Assembly: GCA_937901455.1 (NCBI GenBank)
Contig: CALDIA010000054.1
Span: 5,224-69,223 of the forward strand
Length of the DNA: 64,000 bases
Source of the DNA: an uncultured Bacteroidales bacterium
Lineage (GTDB): Bacteria; Bacteroidota; Bacteroidia; Bacteroidales; WCHB1-69
Direction of reading: 5' to 3'
Shown here one piece after another: positions 31,024-38,926 of the stretch; the stretch's first letter is position 1; each line of letters begins with the position of its first letter. The notes beneath the pieces were generated by a model that saw only the letters and a list, made by a program, of their open reading frames with translations, was not told the origin of the DNA and did not search any database. The position numbers and the translations under genes are program-made.

Positions 31024-31956
31024 TTATTTTAAAGTAAAAGAGCTTTCACCCAAGAATTGGTTGTCGGTGAATAATTGGACTATGTATTTACCCTTGATGG
31101 CCTTGTCGTCGGATGGAATGTCCCAGGTGAGGGTAACATTCTTGGCGCTGTTGTTGTAGTCCACAGTCTGTTTGGAAGAATATTGCAGTCGTTGGCCGTC
31201 GTGTACGAAGGAGTATTTGTCACTGGAGCCTTCGGTGAGCACTTTGCCGCTTCCGGGTATGGCGATACGGCAGTAAATGTTTACGGGGCCGGCGTTTATC
31301 AGCGGGTTTTCGCCTAAGATCAGCGAGGTTTTGATGCGTTCAACGCGGGACGCCTTGTCGGTTATCTCTTCAGTGCCGTTATTTTTCACATTGTAGCCGG
31401 CACTGTGGATGTTATATGCCTTGTACACAGCTGCATTCGACAACTTGGCATTCAGGTCCTCGTTCGACTTTTGGATATTGGCCGTATTTTGCCGTTCCGT
31501 CTCCAAGTCGGCTTTCACCTGTGTGTTCTCCTCTTTCAAGGCTTGGTTTTCTTGATAGAGTTTATCCATTTCCTGCACGTACTCTTGGGAGATATTCTGA
31601 AGACGTGCCAGTTGTTTTTTGATCTTGTTGTAGTCAGCTTGCGTGTTGATGAGTTTCTCAATTTCGGCGGCATTGGCCATAATCACGCTATCTTTTGCAC
31701 TCAATTGTTCTGAGAGATCCCCATATTGGGCCTTAATGCGTTCGTGTTCCGCCAAAAGGTTGTTCAATTCCGTCTGCAAGGATTCCTTTTCGTCATACAC
31801 CTTGATGTATTCCTTGTTGGTTACAGGTTTTGCCAAGAACCCTAAGTAAAGCGTTGAAAGGAAAAATAATCCTGCAAGAGCACCCAAGATAATCACCCAT
31901 TTTTTTAAAGGATTTTGTTGGTTGTTTTCGTTGTTCATTTCGCTTGTTGATTGCAT
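31024..31956 (-). CDS. hypothetical membrane-anchored coiled-coil protein
   Basis: One TM helix (WVIILGALAGLFFLSTLYLGFLA), ~130 aa of coiled coil, then a beta-rich C-terminal domain. Confidence 0.6.
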   Translation of the reverse strand: MQSTSEMNNENNQQNPLKKWVIILGALAGLFFLSTLYLGFLAKPVTNKEYIKVYDEKESLQTELNNLLAEHERIKAQYGDLSEQLSAKDSVIMANAAEIEKLINTQADYNKIKKQLARLQNISQEYVQEMDKLYQENQALKEENTQVKADLETERQNTANIQKSNEDLNAKLSNAAVYKAYNIHSAGYNVKNNGTEEITDKASRVERIKTSLILGENPLINAGPVNIYCRIAIPGSGKVLTEGSSDKYSFVHDGQRLQYSSKQTVDYNNSAKNVTLTWDIPSDDKAIKGKYIVQLFTDNQFLGESSFTLK

Positions 31957-32005
31957 TGTATCTGGGAATTTTAAGTTTGATAATAGGGGAATAACGAGAA
32001 AAAAA

Positions 32006-33658
32006 TTATTTTAGTAAGAGGTATCGGTATAATTCTTTTGGCACGTAGAAAGTTTGATTGATGGGCATGTACACTAATACAGACTCCACATCATAGGTTT
32101 TTTTATTGACTGTCACGTAGTTGGTATAACTATCGAACACCAAGGTGTTTTTCTTGTATTTGGCGGTGAATCGATAGTGGTATTTGTCAAGACTGTCAAT
32201 TTTATAATTGTAGCCTTCGAAGACTTTGCGATGGTCCACGAAATTTTGTTCATTCAATTCTTCGAGTACGCCCTCCAGGCCCATTTGGCGGCAGAGGTAT
32301 TGATGCAGTTCAATGTTAGTCGGGCAACCGGTGAGAACATCGTTTTGGGGATGGTACATGGCGAAGAATACATTCTCGATAGTGTGTCCGAAGGTGGTGA
32401 ATCCGAAATAGGTTCTGCCGTATATCACTTGGCTCAGCATCTTGACCATGGAGAGGTTGCCTTGGCGTTGTTCCTTGGGTATCGGAGAGTTGTTATAGTC
32501 GCTGGCCGACATCAGGAAAGCCATCTCTGCGGGCTGTATCTGAATGCCGAAGTAGGTTTCGAAGAGTTCTGGCCATTGAGTGGTGTCAGTGTTTTGGAGT
32601 TTCTCGCGCATGCTCCAGAGTGTGATTTTGTAGTTGTCGATAGGCTCCATAATCTGTTTGAGAGAGAGCCGGTCGTAGCCGTGGTTGGATTTGGTGTTGC
32701 CGATGGTGAGGGCGCCAGTGCCATGGTCGGGTACGATGACCACTACGGTATTGCCATCCTTCTCTGCGAAATCGAGGGCCACCTTGCAGGCCTTGTCGAA
32801 TTCCAAAAACTCAATCAGGGCGGGCTTGGCGTCATTGTCGTGGGCGGCCCAGTCCACCTTACTGCCCTCCACCATCAGGAAGAAGCCGTTGGGATTTTTT
32901 GAAAGTACGTCGATGGCTTTTTCCGTGCATTCGGCGAGGGAGGGGATGGCGGTAGTGTCGGCCTCCATCCAGTATGGCATGTTGCTTGGTTGGAACAAGG
33001 CCCAGAAGGGAGCCTGGTGACAATTTCGCATACCCTTCAAATCATCCATGAAGAGATTATAACCCTTGGATTTAAGATATTCTCTTTCACGCTCTTTCAA
33101 ATAAGAGGTGCCGCCGCCGATGACCACGTCCAGGTCGTTGTATACCATTTGCGGGGCTATCATATTGTATCTGCCGCGACTATAAGTATGTGCTGCGCAG
33201 TCGGCTGGTGTGGCGTGGGTGAACTCGCAAGTGAAGACCAAACCCGTGGACTTGCCCTGCCGTTGGTGGGCAGCTTCCAACAAGGTGGTCAGTGGCTGGT
33301 AAGCTTTCGTGGCATCCACTGGCGCCAAGTCATGGTCGGTCTTGCCAGGATAGGTGGCAATAAAGCCCGTCTGGGAGGGTTGCCCCGTCATGTAACAAGA
33401 TGTCGTGGGCGCAGAATCGCCGATAGGCGCATCTGAAGAGTTGGTGCGCACTAACCCTTTGATGTACGGGTCAATACAAAGAGTTGATTTAGTGGAATCC
33501 AAGTAAGTTTGATACCAGCGGGCGCAGGAGAGTAAGCTGGTGGAAGTTCCATCTGTGATTAATAAGATGACATTCTTGATGGGCGTTGTCTGGGAAAATC
33601 CGCTTAATGCCAAGACCAACAAGAGATTACAAAGAACAATTTTTTTCATTTTAATCAT
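32006..33658 (-). CDS. alkaline phosphatase family protein (secreted)
   Basis: Signal peptide MIKMKKIVLCNLLLVLALSGFSQ. LITDGTS, the nucleophile region GDSAPTTSCYMTG, and the metal ligands VDWAAHDND and VPDHGTG. The start is set at 33658 (or 33649), downstream of the -7 box. Confidence 0.7.
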   Translation of the reverse strand: MIKMKKIVLCNLLLVLALSGFSQTTPIKNVILLITDGTSTSLLSCARWYQTYLDSTKSTLCIDPYIKGLVRTNSSDAPIGDSAPTTSCYMTGQPSQTGFIATYPGKTDHDLAPVDATKAYQPLTTLLEAAHQRQGKSTGLVFTCEFTHATPADCAAHTYSRGRYNMIAPQMVYNDLDVVIGGGTSYLKEREREYLKSKGYNLFMDDLKGMRNCHQAPFWALFQPSNMPYWMEADTTAIPSLAECTEKAIDVLSKNPNGFFLMVEGSKVDWAAHDNDAKPALIEFLEFDKACKVALDFAEKDGNTVVVIVPDHGTGALTIGNTKSNHGYDRLSLKQIMEPIDNYKITLWSMREKLQNTDTTQWPELFETYFGIQIQPAEMAFLMSASDYNNSPIPKEQRQGNLSMVKMLSQVIYGRTYFGFTTFGHTIENVFFAMYHPQNDVLTGCPTNIELHQYLCRQMGLEGVLEELNEQNFVDHRKVFEGYNYKIDSLDKYHYRFTAKYKKNTLVFDSYTNYVTVNKKTYDVESVLVYMPINQTFYVPKELYRYLLLK

Positions 33659-33672
33659 ATTTTTTAAAAGTG

Positions 33673-33680
33673 CAAAAGTA
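33673..33680 (-). promoter_or_regulatory. -7 promoter box (TACTTTTG, minus strand) for the alkaline phosphatase gene
   Basis: Plus-strand CAAAAGTA, 14 nt upstream of the ATG at 33658. It lies inside the longer track ORF. Confidence 0.5.
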
Positions 33681-33773
33681 GTAAAAAATCCAAATATCCA
33701 CATAACAATTCTACTTAAATAATTACATTTAAAAAAAGTAAAAAATGGTCTTGACAAACGGCTAAAAATGTTG

Positions 33774-33781
33774 TAATTTTG
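33774..33781 (+). promoter_or_regulatory. -7 promoter box TAATTTTG for queA-purM
   Basis: 17 nt upstream of the ATG at 33799. Confidence 0.5.
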
Positions 33782-33798
33782 CGGGCCAATTTTTTTAT

Positions 33799-34872
33799 AT
33801 GAAATTATCAGAATTTAAGTACTATCTTCCCCAGGAATTGATAGCACTACATCCAGAGAAAGAGCGCGATGAAGCGCGATTGATGGTTCTCAACAGAAAG
33901 ACGAAAACCATTGAGCATAAATTGTTTAAAGATATCCTGAGTTATTTTGACGAGGGAGATCTGTTTGTCATGAACAATACGAGGGTGTTCCCGGCTTTGC
34001 TATTTGGCGAGAAGGAGCAGACCCGAGCGAAAATCAGGGTTTTCCTTCTCCGGGAGCTGGACGAGGAGAGTCGATTGTGGGACGTGCTGGTGGACCCGGC
34101 GCGCAAGATTCGTATCGGCAACAAGCTCAGCTTTTGCGAGGACGACAGTTTGGTGGCTGAGGTGATTGACAACACCACCTCCCGAGGTCGTACCTTACGG
34201 TTTCTTTTTGACGGAGACCATGATGCTTTCAAGCAGAAACTGATGGATTTGGGTACAACGCCTTTGCCGGACGACATTCAGCGCCTGCGCGAGATTGAAG
34301 AAGAGGATGCCCAGAATTATCAGACCCTCTATGCCACAGAGGAGGGCGCCGTGGTGGCCCCGGCCGCTGGCTTCCACTTCAGTCGCGAACTACTGAAACG
34401 CATGGAGTTATATGGTTTAGAGAGAACCTACATCACCCTGCACGCAGGCCTCAGCAACTTCAACGATATCGATGTGGAGGATCTATCCAAACATAAACCC
34501 GACTCTGAACGGATGATTATCCTCCCCGAGGTGGCCAACACTATCAACGAGGCCAAGGATGCCGGTCATAAGATTGTGGCGGTGGGAACCACTACCATGA
34601 AGGCCCTCGAATCGTCCGTGTACTCCAACGGCCATGTGAAAACCACCCACATGAACGGCAAAGAGGATATCTGGACCAGCAAGTTCATCTATCCACCGTA
34701 TCGCTTTATGGTGGCCAATGCCATGGTGACCAATTTCCATGCCTCGCAGAGTTCCATGCTCATGATGGTGGCAGCCTTTGGCGGCTATGATTTTGTGATG
34801 TCGGCCTACAAACTCGCTGTGGAGGAAAAATATCGCTTTTTGACGTATGGCGATGCCATGCTGATTATATAA
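33799..34872 (+). CDS. queA: S-adenosylmethionine:tRNA ribosyltransferase-isomerase
   Basis: MKLSEFKYYLPQELIALHP... and the C-terminal YRFLTYGDAMLI. Confidence 0.92.
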   Translation: MKLSEFKYYLPQELIALHPEKERDEARLMVLNRKTKTIEHKLFKDILSYFDEGDLFVMNNTRVFPALLFGEKEQTRAKIRVFLLRELDEESRLWDVLVDPARKIRIGNKLSFCEDDSLVAEVIDNTTSRGRTLRFLFDGDHDAFKQKLMDLGTTPLPDDIQRLREIEEEDAQNYQTLYATEEGAVVAPAAGFHFSRELLKRMELYGLERTYITLHAGLSNFNDIDVEDLSKHKPDSERMIILPEVANTINEAKDAGHKIVAVGTTTMKALESSVYSNGHVKTTHMNGKEDIWTSKFIYPPYRFMVANAMVTNFHASQSSMLMMVAAFGGYDFVMSAYKLAVEEKYRFLTYGDAMLII

Positions 34873-34893
34873 CAGAATAAACACTTTACTTTT

Positions 34894-35928
34894 ATGGCTA
34901 AAACTTACGAAGATGCAGGTGTAAATTTGGAGGCCGGTTATGAATCTGTACGGCTGATCAAGAAACATATCAGCAGAACTAACCGCCCAGGCATGATGGG
35001 CAACATCGGTAGCTTTGGGGGCATGTTCGACCTGGCCTCATTGCAATACAAGGAGCCTGTCTTGGTTAGCGGGACGGACGGTGTGGGTACCAAACTGAAG
35101 ATCGCCTTCATGATGGATAAGCATGACACTATAGGACAGGATGCCGTGGCAATGTGCGTGAATGATGTGCTGGCACAAGGCGCCACCCCTCTCTTCTTTC
35201 TCGACTATGTGGCAGTAGGCAAAAACAGTCCAACAAAAATCGAGACTATCGTTAAGGGCGTGGCTGACGGCTGTGTGCTTTCCAATTGCGCATTGATAGG
35301 CGGCGAGACTGCGGAGATGCCCGACATGTACGATGAGGATGAGTATGATATTGCCGGATTTACCGTGGGTGCAGTCGAAAAATCAAAACTGATTGACGGC
35401 TCCAAAGTGGAAGTGGGCGATAAACTCATAGGCCTCGCATCTTCAGGTGTGCACTCCAATGGGTTTTCACTAGTGCGCAAAATTGTCTTCAAGGACAACC
35501 AGCTGGATTTGAACACTTGCTATGACGAGCTGGACGATACGCTGGGCAACACCCTGCTGACCCCCACCCGCATTTATGTGAAACCTGTACTGGAAGTTCT
35601 TGCACAGTACGATATCCATGCTATCTGCCATATTACTGGCGGCGGCTTCGATGAAAATATTCCCCGTATGCTGAAAGAAAATCAAGGCGTTCGGATTCAA
35701 GAGGGAACATGGACGATTCTGCCTATATTCCGTTTTCTCGAAAAGTATGGCAATATCCCTCACCGCGAGATGTTCAATATCTTCAATATGGGCGTCGGCA
35801 TGATTTTGATTGTAAAACCGCAAGATGCCAAAGACGTGGTGGACATGTTCCAAAAATTGGGTGAAAAGGCTTCCATAATCGGTGAAGTAACAAGCCAAAA
35901 AGGAGTGGATATAAACCTCCTCCCGTAG
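34894..35928 (+). CDS. purM: phosphoribosylformylglycinamidine cyclo-ligase (AIR synthetase)
   Basis: [24 protein letters not shown] and DYVAVGK are present. 344 aa. Confidence 0.93.
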   Translation: MAKTYEDAGVNLEAGYESVRLIKKHISRTNRPGMMGNIGSFGGMFDLASLQYKEPVLVSGTDGVGTKLKIAFMMDKHDTIGQDAVAMCVNDVLAQGATPLFFLDYVAVGKNSPTKIETIVKGVADGCVLSNCALIGGETAEMPDMYDEDEYDIAGFTVGAVEKSKLIDGSKVEVGDKLIGLASSGVHSNGFSLVRKIVFKDNQLDLNTCYDELDDTLGNTLLTPTRIYVKPVLEVLAQYDIHAICHITGGGFDENIPRMLKENQGVRIQEGTWTILPIFRFLEKYGNIPHREMFNIFNMGVGMILIVKPQDAKDVVDMFQKLGEKASIIGEVTSQKGVDINLLP

Positions 35929-36003
35929 GTTGTTTTTTATAAAGAATTGAGAAACAAAAACATACAAAAGATGCCACACGTGTTGGAACTTTAATATTTT
36001 TTT

Positions 36004-36011
36004 TATTTTTG
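36004..36011 (+). promoter_or_regulatory. -7 promoter box TATTTTTG for the C10 peptidase gene
   Basis: 50 nt upstream of the ATG at 36062. Confidence 0.45.
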
Positions 36012-36061
36012 TCGCTCATTTGGAAAAGTAGAAATTATTAAATAACTAAATACTTTCATAT

Positions 36062-38344
36062 ATGAAAAAAATTACTTTATTAATTTGTCTTTTAGCGGTA
36101 TCGCTTTGGGGCTTTGCATCCCATGTAATACCCGTGGAAACAGCTATGAAAGCATCCAAGAACTTCCTTTCTGAGCGCGTGGGCGCTTCACAGGCAAAAG
36201 GCATGGATCTTACGCTTGTTTACACAGAATATGCTGAAACGGGCGACCCTGTTTTCTATCGTTTCCAGATAGGCGAGCAGGGCTTTATGATTGTTTCAGC
36301 TACTGATTTGGCTACCCCCGTGTTGGCTTATTCCTTAGAGAGCAACTTCAAGGAAGGCACTGGAGCGGACCTCTATTGCACTCAGTACAAGAAGGACCTC
36401 TCCTATTTGATCCAGAATCCTTCTACAGCTCTCTCCACCAAGGATCTTTGGAAGCACTATACGGACGACAATTTTGTGGTTCGCTCTAATACTAAAGGCA
36501 ATCCTTGTGTTGAGCCGTTGGTAACCACTTCTTGGAATCAGGATACCTATTACAATGGCTCTTGTCCGTACAACCCTGCCAGCAATTTGGATATTGACAT
36601 GCGTTCTTACGTAGGTTGTGTGGCCTTGACAATGGGCAACATTTTGTACTATTACCGTTTCCCTGAGAATGGTTTTGGTTCTATTTATTACATTCCCAAA
36701 GAATATGATGATAACGGAGAATTGCTCTACATCTATCCTCCTCAATATGTTAACTTCAGTAATCAACATTACAACTACAACCACATGACCAATTCTCTCT
36801 CTTCATATAATGGAGAGTTGGCCAAGATGTTGTATCATTGCGGTGTGTCTACTCGTATGAGTTATGGTCACGATGGTTCTGGTACCCAGTCTGAGTATGC
36901 TATGTATGCCTTGCAGACATATTTCCATTTCTCACACAACAGCCAGTTTTCTTCCATTGCCGATGTTGCTCCATCATCAGACCTTATTCCTTTGTGGGTT
37001 GAGCAAGCCGTTAATGAGTTGAACAGCCATCGTCCGTTATTCTTCAGCGGCCGCAACGCCACAGATGGTGGTCACGCTTGGATTGTGGATGGTTACACAA
37101 CTATCACCGACACAGCCGGAAATGCCAACACCTATTTCCATGTCAATTGGGGATGGGGTGGCTATGACAATGGTTTCTTCTTGTTGACCAATCAGAATAC
37201 TCATAGCGGTCATTTCAATGAGGATGGTACCAACACGATGATGGTCAAGTTGATGCCCGACACCGCTGATGTGGAGAAGCCTGCAATCAGCGACACACGT
37301 GTGACGGCAAGCGTTGGTTCTATCAGCGATGGTGCTGGCAACATGAAATATGCTCCCGGTTCCAACCGCAGATGGGTGATTTCCTCCCCGAACGTGAACA
37401 GCTATCGTTTCTCTTTCTCCAAACTGAAAGTGAAACCTGGTGACAAAGTGAATATCTATAATGGCGGAACGGAAGCTTCCGGTATCAAACAATCTTTCAG
37501 TGGCGACTATCTGATGCCCGCATGTACCCAATACTCCAGCGTTTCGGGCGGTGTACATGGCGACTATGTAGGTCAATCCCTCCCGGGTGCCATTACGGTG
37601 AATGCCGACAGCGTGCTGATTACCTTTACCTCCGAAGCCAATTCTGAGACCGACTATGGTTTCGTGTTGAATTTTGAGGCTAACGGCTACGAGTCCACCA
37701 CCACCAGCTGCTCCAATATGCAGCAGATGACTTCTTCTTCCGGCACCATCACCGACAAGCCAGGCAATGCCTTGAATAATGACAATCCTTATCGTCCGGG
37801 CTTGTCCTGCGCATGGCAGATTCGTCCTTCCGGTGCCACAGGATATGTCTTCTCTTTCAGCAAATTCGATCTCAAGGCGGGTGATTTCGTAGATGTGTAC
37901 GATTTTTCCTCCAGTAACAATCCAGTGTTATATCGTCACTTTGATATTGACAATATGGCTTCCTTGCAAGACGACTACTACTTCATCTCAGCATCCCGTC
38001 TGTACGTACATTTCGGTACTGACAATGATCAAGAGGGTTCTGGTTTTGAGTTGAATTATCATACCAGCCAAGTGGGTGTTGAAAGCCTTGATGCCATGGA
38101 GGTGAGCGTATATCCTAATCCTGCCCATTCTATGGTGAACGTTGCTGTCACTGCCGAAGAGGCTCAAAACATCAAGGCCACCATCGTTGACATGGCAGGT
38201 AAGGTGGTGTATGCAGATCAATTCAGCTATAATGGTGGCGAGCAAGTGTTCCAAATCCCGACCACCAACTTTGCAGAGGGAATCTACTTCCTCCAATTAA
38301 ACGCAAAGAATGGCCAACGCACACAAAAGTTGGTTATCCAATAA
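36062..38344 (+). CDS. C10-family (streptopain-like) cysteine peptidase with two CUB-like domains and a T9SS C-terminal sorting domain
   Basis: Signal peptide and inhibitor-like propeptide. Catalytic Cys region YVGCVALTMGNILYYY. His region GGHAWIVDGY followed by NWGWGG. Two CUB-like units (ISDGAGNMKY... and ITDKPGNALNNDNPYRPGLSCAWQI...). C-terminal domain VSVYPNPAHSMVNV...GIYFLQLN. Confidence 0.85.
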   Translation: MKKITLLICLLAVSLWGFASHVIPVETAMKASKNFLSERVGASQAKGMDLTLVYTEYAETGDPVFYRFQIGEQGFMIVSATDLATPVLAYSLESNFKEGTGADLYCTQYKKDLSYLIQNPSTALSTKDLWKHYTDDNFVVRSNTKGNPCVEPLVTTSWNQDTYYNGSCPYNPASNLDIDMRSYVGCVALTMGNILYYYRFPENGFGSIYYIPKEYDDNGELLYIYPPQYVNFSNQHYNYNHMTNSLSSYNGELAKMLYHCGVSTRMSYGHDGSGTQSEYAMYALQTYFHFSHNSQFSSIADVAPSSDLIPLWVEQAVNELNSHRPLFFSGRNATDGGHAWIVDGYTTITDTAGNANTYFHVNWGWGGYDNGFFLLTNQNTHSGHFNEDGTNTMMVKLMPDTADVEKPAISDTRVTASVGSISDGAGNMKYAPGSNRRWVISSPNVNSYRFSFSKLKVKPGDKVNIYNGGTEASGIKQSFSGDYLMPACTQYSSVSGGVHGDYVGQSLPGAITVNADSVLITFTSEANSETDYGFVLNFEANGYESTTTSCSNMQQMTSSSGTITDKPGNALNNDNPYRPGLSCAWQIRPSGATGYVFSFSKFDLKAGDFVDVYDFSSSNNPVLYRHFDIDNMASLQDDYYFISASRLYVHFGTDNDQEGSGFELNYHTSQVGVESLDAMEVSVYPNPAHSMVNVAVTAEEAQNIKATIVDMAGKVVYADQFSYNGGEQVFQIPTTNFAEGIYFLQLNAKNGQRTQKLVIQ

Positions 38345-38387
38345 GATAATAGCAAAGCATTTTTTGCATAATTGTATGTTTTTGAAG

Positions 38388-38414
38388 TGGCTGCTCTACG
38401 CAGCCACTTTTTTG
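38388..38414 (+). terminator. rho-independent terminator of the C10 peptidase gene
   Basis: GTGGCTGC-TCTAC-GCAGCCAC followed by TTTTTT. Confidence 0.8.
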
Positions 38415-38425
38415 TGCAACATGGC

Positions 38426-38593
38426 AAGGTTTTTCAGGAGATATTCCAGATCTTTGTGGTCCATACGATGGAAAAGGGTTGGTCGCCCCAGTTGGTGATG
38501 ACATACACAGGGCACGAAAGTTACGACACGATGAAACCATATATCGCGCTGACAGACAAGACGAGGAAGAAAATGATGGAGACAAACTTCTAA
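38426..38593 (+). pseudogene. tyrosine recombinase/integrase, C-terminal relic (~55 codons)
   Basis: ...FVVHTMEKGWSPQLVMTYTGHESYDTMKPYIALTDKTRKKMM resembles the integrase C-terminus (R-H-x-x-A-T...G..l..v...LGH....tT..Y). The remainder of the gene is missing, and the C10 terminator lies inside the nominal 73-aa ORF. Confidence 0.5.
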
Positions 38594-38615
38594 CAAAGGA
38601 AGGGAGAATTTTGCA

Positions 38616-38648
38616 AAGGAGATAGCAGCGCTATCTCCTTATTTTTTT
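38616..38648 (+). terminator. rho-independent terminator after the integrase relic
   Basis: AAGGAGATAGC-AGC-GCTATCTCCTT followed by ATTTTTTT. Confidence 0.7.
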
Positions 38649-38694
38649 GAAAGTCAGCAAGTTCGGTGCATTTTCGGTGCAATTTTTTGGACAT

Positions 38695-38734
38695 AAAAAA
38701 ATCTCATAAGTATAGTTTCCAATGACTTATGAGA
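38695..38734 (-). terminator. terminator downstream of tRNA-Asp
   Basis: Arms TCTCATAAGT (38702..38711) and ACTTATGAGA (38725..38734). On the minus strand the hairpin is followed by UUUUUUU. Confidence 0.6.
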
Positions 38735-38740
38735 CTTTCT

Positions 38741-38818
38741 TGGCGGACCGGACGAGACTCGAACTCGCGACCCCATGCGTGACAGGCATGTATTCTAACC
38801 AAACTGAACTACCGATCC
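38741..38818 (-). tRNA. tRNA-Asp (anticodon GTC), CCA encoded
   Basis: Reverse complement GGATCGGTAGTTCAGTTTGGTTAGAATACATGCCTGTCACGCATGGGGTCGCGAGTTCGAGTCTCGTCCGGTCCGCCA folds as a canonical cloverleaf. Confidence 0.9.
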
Positions 38819-38836
38819 GTGTTTCTTAGAACGGCG

Positions 38837-38844
38837 CAAAAATA
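38837..38844 (-). promoter_or_regulatory. -7 promoter box (TATTTTTG, minus strand) for tRNA-Asp
   Basis: Plus-strand CAAAAATA, 18 nt upstream of the tRNA 5' end. Confidence 0.5.
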
Positions 38845-38926
38845 CACTTTTTTTAAATGTGCGCAACCATTTTGAAGATTTTTTTGTTATATTTGTAATA
38901 AGCTAAATAATAGCAACTTATATAGA

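Noticed and set aside
32177-32902. 241-aa plus-strand ORF
   Set aside because: It is antisense to the alkaline phosphatase gene. It has a low-information V/G/E/H-rich sequence and no start context.
38310-38596. Several overlapping 62-83-aa ORFs on both strands after the C10 gene
   Set aside because: They span a rho-independent terminator. Only the distal plus-strand part shows integrase-like sequence, and it is annotated as a relic rather than a gene.
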